Origin: Octopus vulgaris
Taxonomy: Eukaryota
Assembly: GCA_951406725.2 (NCBI GenBank)
Contig: OX597835.1
Span: forward strand, 19,530,001 to 19,594,000
Direction: 5' to 3'
DNA: 64,000 bases
The translations under genes were made by a program, and so were the position numbers. Shown here one piece after another: positions 40,385 through 53,538 of this stretch. The notes below the pieces were generated by a model. The model did not search any database, was not told the DNA's origin, and saw only the letters and a list, made by a program, of their open reading frames with translations. Numbering within the stretch: the first letter of the stretch is position 1; each line of letters begins with the position of its first letter.

Positions 40385-41105
40385 TTTAATTGTTATCTAT
40401 AACACCCTTACTGAAAAGGTAAAGGAAACCAAATAGCAGCCCTACGAATGCCTCCAAGAAGTCCAGAACTGGAAACTTCATCCGTATCACTTCAAATCAA
40501 TATCACTTCAAATCATTTTGTTTAGCATTTCTTTAGCCTTAAGATATATCAAGTGTAGCAATGTCACAAATATCCCAGTCACACTACATATTCCAGTACT
40601 ATTACCAAATGCTACCAGAAATATTGAAACCCACAACACAGGGAGGAATTACACAAAGAAACATCAGAATCGACATTAAGTAGCAAACAAGAAAACAGTA
40701 ACAGGAAATAAACTGCAATCACGAGACAGGTATTTGAACACAGTAGCAGCAGCTTAGGGAACAAACGATCATACTGACGCGATACTGTGTTTAAAAAAAA
40801 ATAGGATACATTAGAAAATATAACCCCAGTTTCCAATAAAATTATAGGAATATAACTGTCGGTGAGACTTAAATCATAAGCGTTCTCAGTCGAGGTTATC
40901 CTGATTTGATGTAACGCTACAGACAACCATCCACCTGGGATGACCTGCGGCTACAATACAGCAACACGATTTGTACAAACCTGCACCATTACATCCATTT
41001 AAATATAATTTCTTGATATCATAACAGAATGAATAACAAAGACCGAATATTATCGAAAACTTGTCGCACAAATTCAGTGTTTTTTTTTTATTTATGAGCA
41101 TCGTT

Positions 41106-41403
<298 letters not shown>

Positions 41404-41830
41404 TCTGCTATCGTTATTATTATGAAGTTTTATTATATTGATTTTTTTTGTGTATTTATTTCATTTCCATTCACAATAAGCTTCGAATTGTTATACTAGT
41501 GTTTACACTATATTCAATTCCAAACAATAGAGCTAAAGTTTGTGTGAGTTCAAATAACTGGAGAAAAATAGTTCGGTAAAAGTTCCATACAGTTTTTCTA
41601 TCAATAAATAATTATATCAAAAAACACTTAGGAAGAGATGGTCCCTATATAAATAAAAAGAAAAAAAGTATACAAACAAATAAATGGATAATGATTGCTA
41701 CTGGTTAAAGTTTTGACCCTTGATATTATAAACGTTCAACCCATGTCTAAAGTCATACCAGCAAACTCCTAATATGAAATGTAATATGACCCCGAGCAAT
41801 GTTATACGATGAAATTTTATACACACACAC

Positions 41831-41895
<65 letters not shown>

Positions 41896-42061
41896 TGTGT
41901 GTGTGTGTGCGTGTGTATGTATCTCTCTCGCCATACACATATGTATGTATATATATATATGCATGTACATATATATACATACACATAGTTATGTGTATAT
42001 ACATAAATACATATATGTATATATGCATATACATATATATACATACACATATTTATGTGTG

Positions 42062-42130
<69 letters not shown>

Positions 42131-42642
42131 ATATATACTTTTATACATATATATATGTGTGTGTGTGTATATATATATATGTGTATGTGTGTGTGTGGTG
42201 AGAGAGAGTCACACAGACAGACAGGCAGATAAAGAAAGATAGATATATATACAAATATGAATTGAACAGAGAGAATGGAAGTGAAACAACTGACATAGTA
42301 GCCAACGGCATAAATATATCCGATCAGACATTGGTGTATTGGATATTCAATGTTTGGACGTTCTTTCACTGCTGGCTAGGTTTCTAGGTTGGAAGTATCT
42401 GTTCCGTTACATTATTTAATACCTCAAATTCTATTGAAAATACTTATTGTATTCTTGCAAAATATGATTGCTCCAATCGTGTTCGCTTACGTCATGGTTC
42501 ATGGTGCTGTGTTGCAGGTGTGTAGTCAGGAACTTGTAAACTTGTAGGGTTTATAGGTGAAGGGAATCATACATACACACACGGACATATAATCGTTTTC
42601 TTCTGCATATATATATATATATATATAGATATATATATATAA

Positions 42643-42851
42643 AGTGAATCCAAACAAGAAAACACACAAAAAAAAAACAACAACGCGAGGACGTGGAACA
42701 AATAAAGTATTATTGGACGCTCAGGAAAGAAGGGAAGAAGGAGGGTCTAACGTTTCGAGCGGAGCTCTTCGTCGGAAACATAGGAGAAGGAAAGATACCG
42801 AGAAGGGAAGACAGAGGAAAAAAATCGCCAGCGGTACTCACGAGGTCACAT
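42643..42851 (-). mobile_element. Hammerhead mini-element, family Y (ribozyme motif 42745-42779)
   Basis: Reverse complement gttt-CCGACGAa-gagc-tcc-gctc-GAAA-cgtt-agac; TA-flanked; homologous to 43621-43810. Confidence 0.7.
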
Positions 42852-42876
42852 ATATAGTTACATCATAAGGAAATGG

Positions 42877-42966
42877 TTCCTTGCCCGAGTTGTCACGCAG
42901 TGGGACTGAACCCGGAACCATGTGGTTGGTTAGCGAGCCATTTACCACAAACTCACTCCTGCGCCT
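42877..42966 (-). mobile_element. SINE family B, head fragment
   Basis: cacgcagtgggactgaacccggaaccatgtggttgg. Confidence 0.75.
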
Positions 42967-43301
42967 GTATGTATAATTATATTTTGAAGAATTGCAAAAT
43001 TCTGCTTGTTCCTGATTAAATTGTTGATATCTTTCCAGTCTTATAAATTAAGGTTTAAGGAGGATAATACTTTTACTTTTTTTTTCTTTTACTTTTTACA
43101 TTTTAGTTTCTGTTCTCGTTTCCCGTATTTTTTAACCTCCTGCGTTTGTCATTTGCTGAATTCTCAGCGTCTTTGTGTTTCTTCTCTTATTCAATGCTTT
43201 TTAGTTGGTTACGTGGTTTGTGTCTGATTATTATGTTTGAGATATTTCTCAACATATGAAGATATTTGTAGCATTTAACATGTATTGTGTACTTTAAATG
43301 A

Positions 43302-43335
<34 letters not shown>

Positions 43336-43339
<4 letters not shown>

Positions 43340-43564
43340 GGAAATGAAGAAAATGCTGACAAATAATTGAAGTAATTTAAGTAATTTAATTAGGTGAAAG
43401 TTCTTTTTACCGGTTGCGCATTTGTTATGCTTATCAAAATATAAAAGAGAGATTAGAGTCTGTCTCTTATATGTGAAAAAAAGAGGCTCCAGAGTTGTTT
43501 GGGATTTGCTTGGTTTCGCGCCTAAAATTTTGATTGGTCATTATGAAGGGGTCACGTGAATGTT
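43336..43564 (-). mobile_element. (TA)n-flanked element with decayed hammerhead (43403-43447)
   Basis: Reverse complement TTGATAA-gcat-aacaa-atgc-GCAA-ccgg-TA-aaaag. Confidence 0.4.
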
Positions 43565-43585
43565 TATATATATATATATATATAG

Positions 43586-43620
<35 letters not shown>

Positions 43621-43625
<5 letters not shown>

Positions 43626-43810
43626 AATCCAAACATGAAAACACAAAGAGAAAACACTTCAAATCGAGGACGTGGAACAAGTATAGAATTATTGGACGCT
43701 CAGGAAAGAAGGAGGGTTTAACGTTTCGTGCGGCGTTCTTCGTCAGAAACATAGGAAAAGGAAAGATCCAAAGAAGGGAAGACGGAGGGAAAAGTCACCA
43801 ACGGTCACAT
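43621..43810 (-). mobile_element. Hammerhead mini-element, family Y (ribozyme motif 43716-43750)
   Basis: Reverse complement gttt-CTGACGAa-gaac-gcc-gcac-GAAA-cgtt-aaac; stem II partly decayed. Confidence 0.7.
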
Positions 43811-43860
43811 TTTGAATCATTTTGTATATATATATATATTGACTCGTTTTGAATCATTTG

Positions 43861-43912
<52 letters not shown>

Positions 43913-43933
43913 TTTGTATAAATATATATATAT

Positions 43934-44566
43934 ATAAATTTATTTTATTTACGAAAGATTGCCGAAACTATGCATAGTCCAGAAAGGAGAGGGTAAACGT
44001 TTTTATTTCTCTTTCCATTTCAGAATTACAACTATTAGTTGTTTGGATTGTAGCTGCTCTTTCTAGTGAGTCGGATGTCCTATTATGGCCATCCCTTATA
44101 TGTTTGAATGTATATTACATAGTCTATTGACTATTTTTCCTTTCTCACTTGACCGCTGGTAGCGGAGAATTTTTCTAAAATCTTTTTGCTACCCTAAAAT
44201 TTATTAATTAATGATTTTTTTGGCTAATTTTGAAATTAAATCGGCAGTTTATATTTACTGCTGAAAAAACCGCGCGAGTGTGGTGGATTTTAAAAATTTA
44301 TAGCATATAGACTCGAGGCATGCGCGTTATCGCCTAGTGAACATATGGTAGTCTTTGGCTTTTCTGCTGAAGAGGCAACGCCAGTGGTAAATAAATTTAT
44401 TTTATTTACAAAAGATTGCCGAAACTATGCATAGACCAGAAAGGAGAGGGTAAACGCTCTTATTTCTCTTTCCATTTCAGAATTACAACTATTAGTGGTT
44501 TGGAGTTTAGCTGGTCATTCTAGTGAGTCGGATGTCCTATTATGACAATCCCTTATATGCTTGAAC

Positions 44567-44571
<5 letters not shown>
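43934..44571 (+). mobile_element. Retrozyme-like element: ~1.4 copies of a 457-nt hammerhead-bearing unit in (TA)n
   Basis: ~180-bp direct repeats starting at 43934 and 44391; a hammerhead spans the unit junction. Confidence 0.8.
44359..44444 (+). ncRNA. Type-I hammerhead ribozyme (cleavage triplet reads GAC here; GUC in the upstream copy at 43977-43979)
   Basis: Stem I cttttctg/cagaaagg (8 bp with one GU), CTGAAGA, stem II ggcaa/ttgcc, GAAA, palindromic ctatgcatag. Confidence 0.85.
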
Positions 44572-44623
<52 letters not shown>

Positions 44624-44745
44624 TATATACATATATATATATATATAAAGAAAGAGAGAGAGCGAGAGAGAGGGAGGGAGAGAGAGGGAGAGAGAGAGAG
44701 AAAGTTAGTGAGAGAGAGAGTTAAACACAGTTGTTATTCAAATCT

Positions 44746-44838
44746 TTATAATTTGAACATATGTCTCGAAGAAAACATTGGCATTGTTCCAGAAGGAATA
44801 AAATTATGTAAATGCAATTTTCTCATCAGAGGAATAAA
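44746..44838 (-). ncRNA. Decayed hammerhead motif
   Basis: Reverse complement CTGATGA-gaaaa..ttttc-ttc-GAGA-catatg-TT; palindromic ACATATGT; poor stem I. Confidence 0.35.
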
Positions 44839-45111
44839 GAGAAACAAAACGCATCAATAAGACATGTTAACCGAATGTCATTACTGCATATATGATGAAG
44901 GGAATGCTATAATGTTATTAAAAAAAATAAAAACGTTAATATATATATATATATATATATATAGCGTCAAAGGAAATTTATAGAAACAGAAGGAGAAAGA
45001 AAGAAATTAGCAGAAAATTAAAAGTGCATAGGTATAGTGAGATAGGTGAATAGGAATAAAGGTTAATGGTATGGAAATAGATACATATAGCGGAAGTGAA
45101 ATGTAAGAAGA

Positions 45112-45244
45112 CAGGAGTGGCTGTGTGGTAAGTAGCTTGGTAACCAACCACATGGTTCCGGGTTCAGTCTCACCGCGTGACATCTTGGGCAAAATGCCTT
45201 GCGAGTGGATTTGGTAGACGGAAACTGAAAGAAGCCTGTCGTAT

Positions 45245-45286
<42 letters not shown>

Positions 45287-45506
45287 GTGTCTGCGTGTCT
45301 GTGTTTGTCTCCCTAGCATTGCTTGACAACCGATGCTAGTGTGTTTACGTCCCCGTCACTTTGCGGTTCGGCAAAAGAGACCGATAGAATAAGTACTGGG
45401 CTTACAAAGAATAAGTCCCGGGGTCGATTTGCTCGACTAAAGGCGGTGCTCCAGCATGGCCGTAGTCAAATGACTGAAACAAGTAAAAGAATAAACAAGA
45501 GTAGAG
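45112..45506 (+). mobile_element. SINE family B with internal deletion
   Basis: Head and tail match family B. Confidence 0.85.
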
Positions 45507-45884
45507 AGATAAAGGTCGAATTTTAGAGACTGGTAGAAATCACTTATAGGAACTAAAGGTATGGTTTTGCCAATGTTTGCAACGATAAACGCGTTCTTTA
45601 AACGTGTTTACAAGAAGATTCTTTGTGAACTGGATGAAAAACATTTCATCGTTACAGGTCGAACAAAAAAGATTTACCTTCACCATACGGAAATAATTTA
45701 GATAGAATATTCCATTCCAAATCAAATTGATAATCATTCCTTTAGAGAATTTGTTTGATTTGGTTTGTAAAAGTACAACAGTTAAGCAAACTTTTTGAAC
45801 GCTATGTAAGCCACTATATATCAACATTCCATTCAAGTACTATATACATATATGTACATACATATATATGCATATATATGCATA

Positions 45885-45922
<38 letters not shown>

Positions 45923-45929
45923 TTTTTGT

Positions 45930-46128
45930 ATCTGTCTCTTGTCCTCGCACCATAGCTTGACAACTGATGTTGGTGTGTTTTCGACAACGTCACTGAGCGT
46001 TTCGGCAAAAAGGGGTCGATGGAATAAGCATTAGGCTTACATAGTATAAGTCTTGGGGCCAATATGTTCGACTAAAGGCAGTGCTCCAGCATGGCCGCAG
46101 TAAAATGACTGAAACAAGTAAAAGTAAG
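45930..46128 (+). mobile_element. SINE family B, older 3' half
   Basis: cgactaaaggcagtgctccagcatggccgcag..gaaacaagtaaaag. Confidence 0.75.
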
Positions 46129-46584
46129 GAAATGTATACAAATAAACATACGTTTATTTATATGCATTTTTGTATATGCTTGTGCTTGTGCGCGTGAATC
46201 GCGCATGCTCCGTACAGATATCTACTTTCGCTTTCTTGTTTAAATTATTGTTTTATAGCCGAAAGTTCTCATGAGTTTGGTGTTCCTCAACATCATCATT
46301 AGCATAAGGAATATCAGGGCAACATGACGGCGTGTATCATCACTGGTATCGTCCCTCATGAACTCCTGGGCATTGTTTACAGGAGACAGAATATATCCAT
46401 GCCAACCGTCGTCGTCGTCGTCATCATCATATTGTCTTCCGTCGTTGACGTCATCATCATCATCGGCAACCTCTTCGTCATCTTCCTCATCATGATCAGT
46501 ATCATACCACCGTCAACACCATCGCCACAATCATCATTATCGTCTCACCATCACCAGCAGCACCACCATCATCATCATCAATGC

Positions 46585-46965
46585 CACCTCACTTCCATTA
46601 CCTTCATCATCATTTTAATCATCATCATCGTCGCTACAAGAACGTAGTGATTGACAGTAATTTCACCGCCCAACTTTTGCCACCACCACCAGCACCACCA
46701 TCATCATCATCAACGCCAACTCCGCCCTCACCTCACTTCCATTACCTTCATCATCATTTTAATCATCATCATCATCGCTACAAGACTGTAGTGATTGACA
46801 GTAATTTCACCGCCCAACTTTCGGCACCACCACCAGCACCACCATCATCATCATCAACGCCAACTCCGCCCTCACCTCACTTCCATTATCTTCATCATCA
46901 TTTTAATCATCATCATCATCGCTACAAGGCCGTAGTGATTGACAGTAATTTCACAGCCCAACTCT
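46585..46965. repeat. 144-bp minisatellite, ~2.6 copies
   Basis: cacctcacttccatta starts at 46585, 46729 and 46873. Confidence 0.9.
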
Positions 46966-47017
46966 CGTCCATTGTAGCCCAAGTCATGCCAACCCCAGTC
47001 AGCCACGGATATGCATG

Positions 47018-47087
<70 letters not shown>

Positions 47088-47689
47088 TACACACAAACAC
47101 ACACAAGTAAAAGCACTGAAGCCAACACACAAATACAACCAACTTCCAAGCTTAAATCTTACTGCGGATCACATATTTTGTTCGGGTTATTGCACTATTT
47201 TACTGGGTTTTTTTTATTGAATTATTCAAAAAAATTTCACTGGTGACGGTCATCTTAGGACACAGGTTTCAAACCTAACTCATGTACATACGAAAACAAT
47301 CGATGGCTTGTTGCGAGTTTTAGTGAACAATGATTCGCTTAAATTCGCAGCAAGCTATCCACCGTTTGTGCTGTATATAACGTAATAATGGAAGATACAG
47401 TAAACATAAGTCCAGTATATTTTCTTTTAAATCTGTCGAGGGCAGTTTTATTTACTTCCTTAACATATTAATGTGAATTTAAACAAAACAAAACCATATA
47501 TTTTATCGCAAAGGTATCAGTATTTCTTTCTCAGTACAAGGGTTGATGAAATAAGTATCAGTTAAACACTAGGGTCCATGTAATTGACTAGCGCCCTTTC
47601 CCAAGTTTTCAAGTCTTGTGCCTAAAGTAGAAAGGGCAATTATACTTATGATATGCAAATTATATCATCTACGTTTACCATTAAATGTT

Positions 47690-48185
47690 CTTTCAACCGT
47701 GAACATCAACTAGGAAAATTATGTGATCAACAGCGATGTAATTAAAAGGTAATCAGTTGAACCCTTGAATTATTGATCATGAAACACTGTCTTTGAAGGA
47801 CAGGAAATGTAGCAAGAACTGAAAGGTCAAAATTCTCACGCTAAAACGTATTCAACAGTCTCACTTCACGGAAAAAATTAAGGAGTTGCCTTCTTCGAAG
47901 AATATTAGGCCCAAACCAATATTACATTGAAATCTACTGGACTTGAACCTATATCGTTTGAAACACAAGTCCCGAGACCGAACCTACTGGTGGTGTTCTA
48001 TCACTATTGCAACCGAAAACGTAGAAACCACCTCAACAGAAAAGGTAGAAATCCAACGACAGGAGAGACAAGCTCGACAAAATCACCCTTCCCTTCAACC
48101 AACATTACCATACAATCAATGCCATCGACTTTTCCAGGCAAGAATTGGTCTACAGACTCAGCAACACTATTACCATAAAAGAAAT
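47690..48185 (+). mobile_element. RTE (BovB-like) LINE ORF C-terminal remnant
   Basis: SRDRTYWWCSI...QRQERQARQ..LPYNQCHRLFQARIGLQTQQH, a degenerate C-terminal C2H2 motif (CxxCxRxFxARIGLxSH). Confidence 0.7.
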
Positions 48186-48299
48186 GTTCATCAAAAATAA
48201 CAAACTAAATTCTAGGATTCGGGCTAAATCTGCGTTGAGCAAAGAATTCTCTGACAATATTTGCAGTTATAAATCCAGATGAATCATGCCTGCTATGGC

Positions 48300-49250
48300 T
48301 TCTCAACACGCCATATAGAGTTTATCAAAACTGCTCATGGAATGAGTAATCGTACTTTACGCTAAAAACTACCATGTTGCTATTTCTTACACGTGAGCAT
48401 AATCCAATGACATTATGTTTCCAGCAGCTTCCTTCTCCTTGATTCCAATGTTAAAGACATGGCCAACATTCAGAAGTGACTTGAATGGATTAACAAACTA
48501 GCTGCGACAGTGTTATCGTTTTTGCGATGGAAACACCACATTGGTACTTCAATGTTAGCAACTAAATGCTGTCTTTTGACAAGGATCAGTGTCCAAAATT
48601 TGCAAAATTGTTTCCAATTTGCAAATAGGATTTATAAACTAACGTTATCAATCAGGGAGGGAGAGGGAATAGGGGAATGAAGAAAGAATTTTGCAACCAA
48701 ATCTGCAAATAAAGATCTGAAATCCACGCTTATTTTCATTGGAATTCTAATAAACTGTTTGTGAGTGCTTTCTGAACACTTTAAAATTACATGTTTTCTG
48801 ATAGATCAATCAAAAAGGGCTATAATTTTAACTCATTTGCAGCATTTTGATATCATAAAAGTGCTACGTGTATCAGTATTAACTTCCAAGCCAATTTGCA
48901 ATTTTTCTTTATACCGAAGAAAATTTTATTTAGCTTTCGTTTCCAACAGAATCTCGTTTCATCCACAAAACCCATATCTTTAATAATTGTCTTTAATACG
49001 CTGAGATACTTAGCTCATACACTATCATTTGTAATAGCAGCTTTTGCCTGAAAATATCAGCTGAAAGATTTTAAATCTCTCAAATCTTCTAAATCTTGGC
49101 GAAGAATCCTTCGGTAGATGTTCAATCAAGTTTCCTTTATGTCATACTATGGTTTTTGCTGATGAAAATATTCTGTTGCCATTTAACGTGGTGCTCATTT
49201 CACTTGAAAAACATACGTGTTTGATTGCGATAGGAAATAAACATTTTTAG
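48300..49250 (-). mobile_element. Highly decayed pogo/Tigger DDE transposase
   Basis: VDETRFCWKR, NAANELKL*PFLIDLSEN, AWISD and ILQILDTDPC resemble NMDETGLFWK, NAAGxxKLKPL, KAWxT and LLILDNAP. Confidence 0.6.
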
Positions 49251-49793
49251 ATGATATCTTATTTCAATCAACGCAAGCTTTTGTTTCTTCCTCGAAAATT
49301 TACTGATGATTCAGAACATTGAAACCGATCTGACGAAGATTTGCTTTCGAAATAATATACAACACTGGTTGATATACAAAGATATTAATCTGATTGTTGT
49401 GACCCCCAACCAAAGAAAAAAAAGGATAGGGACCAGATACAAAGAAATATTCAACTTAGAGTTCATTAAGAAGCAATAAACATACATAATGTTATGCAAT
49501 TACTACCATATGTACAGGCACACACCACACACGCACACACACAAGCATATACACACATATATACACACATGCACACGTACATGTATATCTGTATATAATT
49601 GTATATATATATAGGGATAAATGTATACACATGCACAATCACACATGCACACATACACACATGTATACACTAATACATGTGTTGATGAATGGTTATTCAT
49701 CCGCATGAAAGTTGATGACTCGGTTCTGACATAAAGGGAATTACGGCCGCTGTATCATGTGAAGTATTCTTCAGTCAGAAACTATCACATCAA

Positions 49794-49870
49794 ACCCCAC
49801 TTAAATAACACATCAAAAACCCCTTAAATAACACATTAAATACCCTTAAATAACACATTAAATATCCCTT
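49794..49870. repeat. ~23-bp tandem repeat x3 (ccttaaataacacattaaata)
   Basis: Directly visible. Confidence 0.85.
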
Positions 49871-49979
49871 CATGTTAAGGCTCTCGTTGCTTTCACAATC
49901 CTACATCGGCTTGTTTATATTTACATCATATGGGGAGAGCAAAGCTGTTCGTGATTTTATCATTTTATATTCTCATCTG

Positions 49980-50172
49980 AGGTGGAGAGCTGGCAGAATC
50001 GTTAGCACGCCGGGCAAAATGTTTATCCGTATTTCATCCATCTTCACGTTCTGCGTTCAAATTCTGCCGAGGTCGACATTACCTTTTATCTTTTTGAGAT
50101 CGATGGAAAAAATACCAGTCGAACCTTGAAGCTGATGTTATCGACTATCCGCCCCCCACCGAATTTCAGGCA
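49980..50172 (+). mobile_element. SINE family A, older copy
   Basis: gagctggcagaatcgttagcacgccggg head and core. Confidence 0.75.
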
Positions 50173-50440
50173 CTAATCGTATAGTTTTATTTGAAACTAC
50201 GAAATCCAGTTCCAAAGCCTGCAATATTTGGTTATATGACCAAGTGTTCGTTGAAGTCACTAAATATTTGTGTACATCTATTTATGTATAAATGCATGTT
50301 GTTTATACATGTTTCTATCTCTCGCTCTATTCAAGCGTCTGTGAGAGCAATTTTACGTGTGCTATGTTCCTTCTGTTCACTGATTTTCGTATTTCTCGCT
50401 CGCATGGAGCGTACTGCCCGCTATCAGTGTCTACATTCTA

Positions 50441-50686
50441 GCCTGGCCTCCGTGCCGGTGGCACGTAAAAAGCTCCATCCGATCTTGGCCGCTTGCCAGC
50501 CTCGTGTGGCACGTAAAAAGCACCCACAACACTCTCGGAGTGTTGGCGTTAGGAAGGGCATCCAGCCGTAGAATCATTGCCAAATCAGATTGGGCCTGGT
50601 GCAGCCTTCTGGCTTCTCAGACCTCAGTTGAACCGTCCAACCCATGCTAGCATGGAAAGCGGACTCTAAACGATGATGATGATGAC
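50441..50686 (+). mobile_element. SINE with RTE-type 3' end and (gat)n tail
   Basis: gtggcacgtaaaaagc x2, ttggcgttaggaagggcatccagccgtag, ccaacccatgctagcatggaaagcggac..gatgatgat. Confidence 0.65.
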
Positions 50687-51327
50687 GATTACAGTAAACA
50701 AAACTGACAAAGGCGATGATTAAGACAAAGAAAATGCGGAGGAATATTCTGTTTCCACAGTTATTGTTTCTTTCAGTAATGAGGATGAGGAAGAAAAAGA
50801 AGAAGAAGAGGTAAAGGAGGAAGATGTGGAGGAAGGGAAGGAGGAGCTGGAGGAGGAAGCAAAGTAAGAGCTGATTGTAATGATGACTATCACGTCGACA
50901 ACGACTAGGCTGGTAGCTTTCCTGAGCACTCACAATTTTACATACAATCACATAGAGTACGTGTATTTGCCCTTTATTTATTCTGAGTTCTAATATTTCC
51001 TCTCGCTTCTTGTTTCGTATGTAAAGTATGTAATATTAATAATCAATTCACAAAAGAATTATCTTTCTCTTTCAATATTTTCAACGTTATAACTTGAAAC
51101 AGTTCTTCATTTGATATAGTGGAGGGAAATATAAACCTAAAAATAACACAAAAAATCTAAAAGAAAACACACGTTTCGATAAATTTAAGATTTAAATATG
51201 AAATTCCAGTAATTTTCACTGTCCTTGTCAACATATGCCACATCGAATTTATTGTGCATAAGAATTTATTATCTATAAGTATTTACTGAGAGCTAAAGAG
51301 GTTAAAAGAATATTTTAATGGTTTTAT

Positions 51328-51744
51328 GGAGTGGCTGTGTGGTAAGTAGCTTGCCTACCAACCACATGGTTCTGGGTTCAGTCCCACTGCGTGGCATCTT
51401 AGGCAAGTGTCTTCTGCTATAGCCTCGGGCCGACCAATGCCTTGTGAGTGGATTTGGTAGACGGAAACTGAAAGAAGCCCGTCGTATATATGTATATATA
51501 TATGTGTGTACGTGTGTGTGTATGTTTGTGTGTCTGTGTTTGTCCCCCTAGCACTGCTTGACAACCGATGCTGCTGTGTTTACGTCCCCGTAACTTAGCG
51601 GTTCGGCAAAAGAGACCGATAGAATAAGTACTGGGCTTACAAAGAATAAGTCCCGGGGTCGATTTGCTCGACTAAAGGCGGTGTTCCAGCATGGCCGCAG
51701 TCAAATGACTGAAACAACTAAAAGAGTAAAAGAGTAAAAGAGTA
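51328..51744 (+). mobile_element. SINE family B
   Basis: Near-consensus copy. Confidence 0.9.
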
Positions 51745-51870
51745 ATATTTCGATGGGCGAAGTGCAAAAGTGAAATGTGTCCTTGAGTAACTGGGTGGTA
51801 TTTGCCAGAAAAAATTTAAGTCGAGATAAAAGAAATCAAATCAATTTTCGCAATGCAGGCTTGATTTCAG

Positions 51871-52097
51871 TTACTCTCTTTACTCTTTTACTCTTTTACT
51901 TGTTTCAGTCATTTGACTGCGGCCATGCTGGAGCACCGCCTTCAGTCGAGCAAATCGACCCCGAGACTTATTCTTTGTAAGCCCAGTACTTATTCAATCG
52001 GTCTCTTTTGCCGAACCGCTAAGTGACGGGGACGTAAACACACCAGCATCGGTTGTCAAGCAATGCTGGGGGGACAAACACAGACAAACAAACATAT

Positions 52098-52172
<75 letters not shown>

Positions 52173-52338
52173 TACGACAGGCTTCTTCCAGTTTCCGTCT
52201 ACCAAATCCTCTCACAAGGCATTGGTCGGCCCGGGGCTATAGCAGAAGACACTTGCCCAAGATGCCACGCAGTGGGACTGAACCCGGAACCATGTGGCTG
52301 GTTAGCAAGCTACCTACCACACAGTCACTCCTGCGCCT
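51871..52338 (-). mobile_element. SINE family B, inverted relative to the 51328 copy
   Basis: Near-consensus reverse complement. Confidence 0.9.
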
Positions 52339-52636
52339 ATATTATTTACCAAATCACTAAATTATTTTTCTCTTGGGCATTATAATTAGAAACCTTACAC
52401 ACATAGGTAACATGTATAGGACTGTAAACAATAGTCCATTCACTGGAAATGTAACTGCTAGTAGATAAGAATAACGAACCACGCACCATAAGTTAGCCAA
52501 CATTGCAACGATTCAGACTTTTCTTTTGTGTGAGAAGGATCCGTAGTCATACCCGTTTGTTGTTTTCACCTCTGTATCGTTACGCCCTCCTATAAACACG
52601 AGAGGTACTGCATTTACTATTCTTTATATAAAATAT

Positions 52637-53029
52637 GTGGAGGCGCAATGGTCCAGTGGTTAGAGCAGCGGACTCGCGGTCATAGGATCGCGGTTTCGAC
52701 TCCCAGACCGGGCGTTGTGAGTGTTTATTGAGCGAAAACACCTAAAAGCTCCACGAGGCTCCGGCAGGGGATGGTGGTGATCCCTGCTGTACTCTTTCAC
52801 CACAACTTTCTCTCACTCTTACTTCTTGTTTCTGTTGTACCTGTATTTCAAAGGGCCGGCCTTGTCACTCTCTGTGTCACGCTGAATATCCCCGAGAACT
52901 ATGTTAAGGGTGCACGTGTCTGTGGAGTGCTCAGCCACTTACACGTTAATTTCACGAGTAGGCTGTTCCGTTGATTCGGATCAACCGGAGCCCTCATCGT
53001 CGTAACCGACGGAGTGCTTCCATCCATCC
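52637..53029 (+). mobile_element. SINE family C, full length
   Basis: TSD atataaaatat (52626-52636 and 53030-53040); (tcca)n tail. Confidence 0.9.
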
Positions 53030-53229
53030 ATATAAAATATAAAAAAGATATGGGCAACTCATCCCTCATTTTAGTCTTATATTTCTTCTGTTTTAATAAG
53101 CAACCTTTCAATTCCCCTTTCTCACACAACTTAATACTATGAATTCAATATTTTTTTAGTATAATTTCAGCGCCGAAGAGTGGGGTGTGCTCACCGCAGA
53201 GAGTAGCAATTTTACATATAATTTTTTCT

Positions 53230-53346
53230 TATGAAGCCTAGTACTTATTCTATCGGTCTCTTTTGCCGAACAGCTAAGTTACGGAGACGTAAACACACCA
53301 GCATTGGTTGTCAAGCGATGATGGGGGACAAACACACACACATGTA

Positions 53347-53379
<33 letters not shown>

Positions 53380-53538
53380 GACGCGCTTCTTCCAGTTTAT
53401 GTCTGACAAATCCTCTCACAAGGATTTGGTCGGCCCGAGGCTATAGTAGAAGACACTTTCTCATGGTGCCACGGAGCGGGAATGAACCCAGAACCATGTG
53501 GTAGGTAAGCGAGGTACCTTACCACACAGCCACTCCAG
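53230..53538 (-). mobile_element. SINE family B, older partial copy
   Basis: agtacttattctatcggtctc...accacacagccactcc. Confidence 0.8.
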
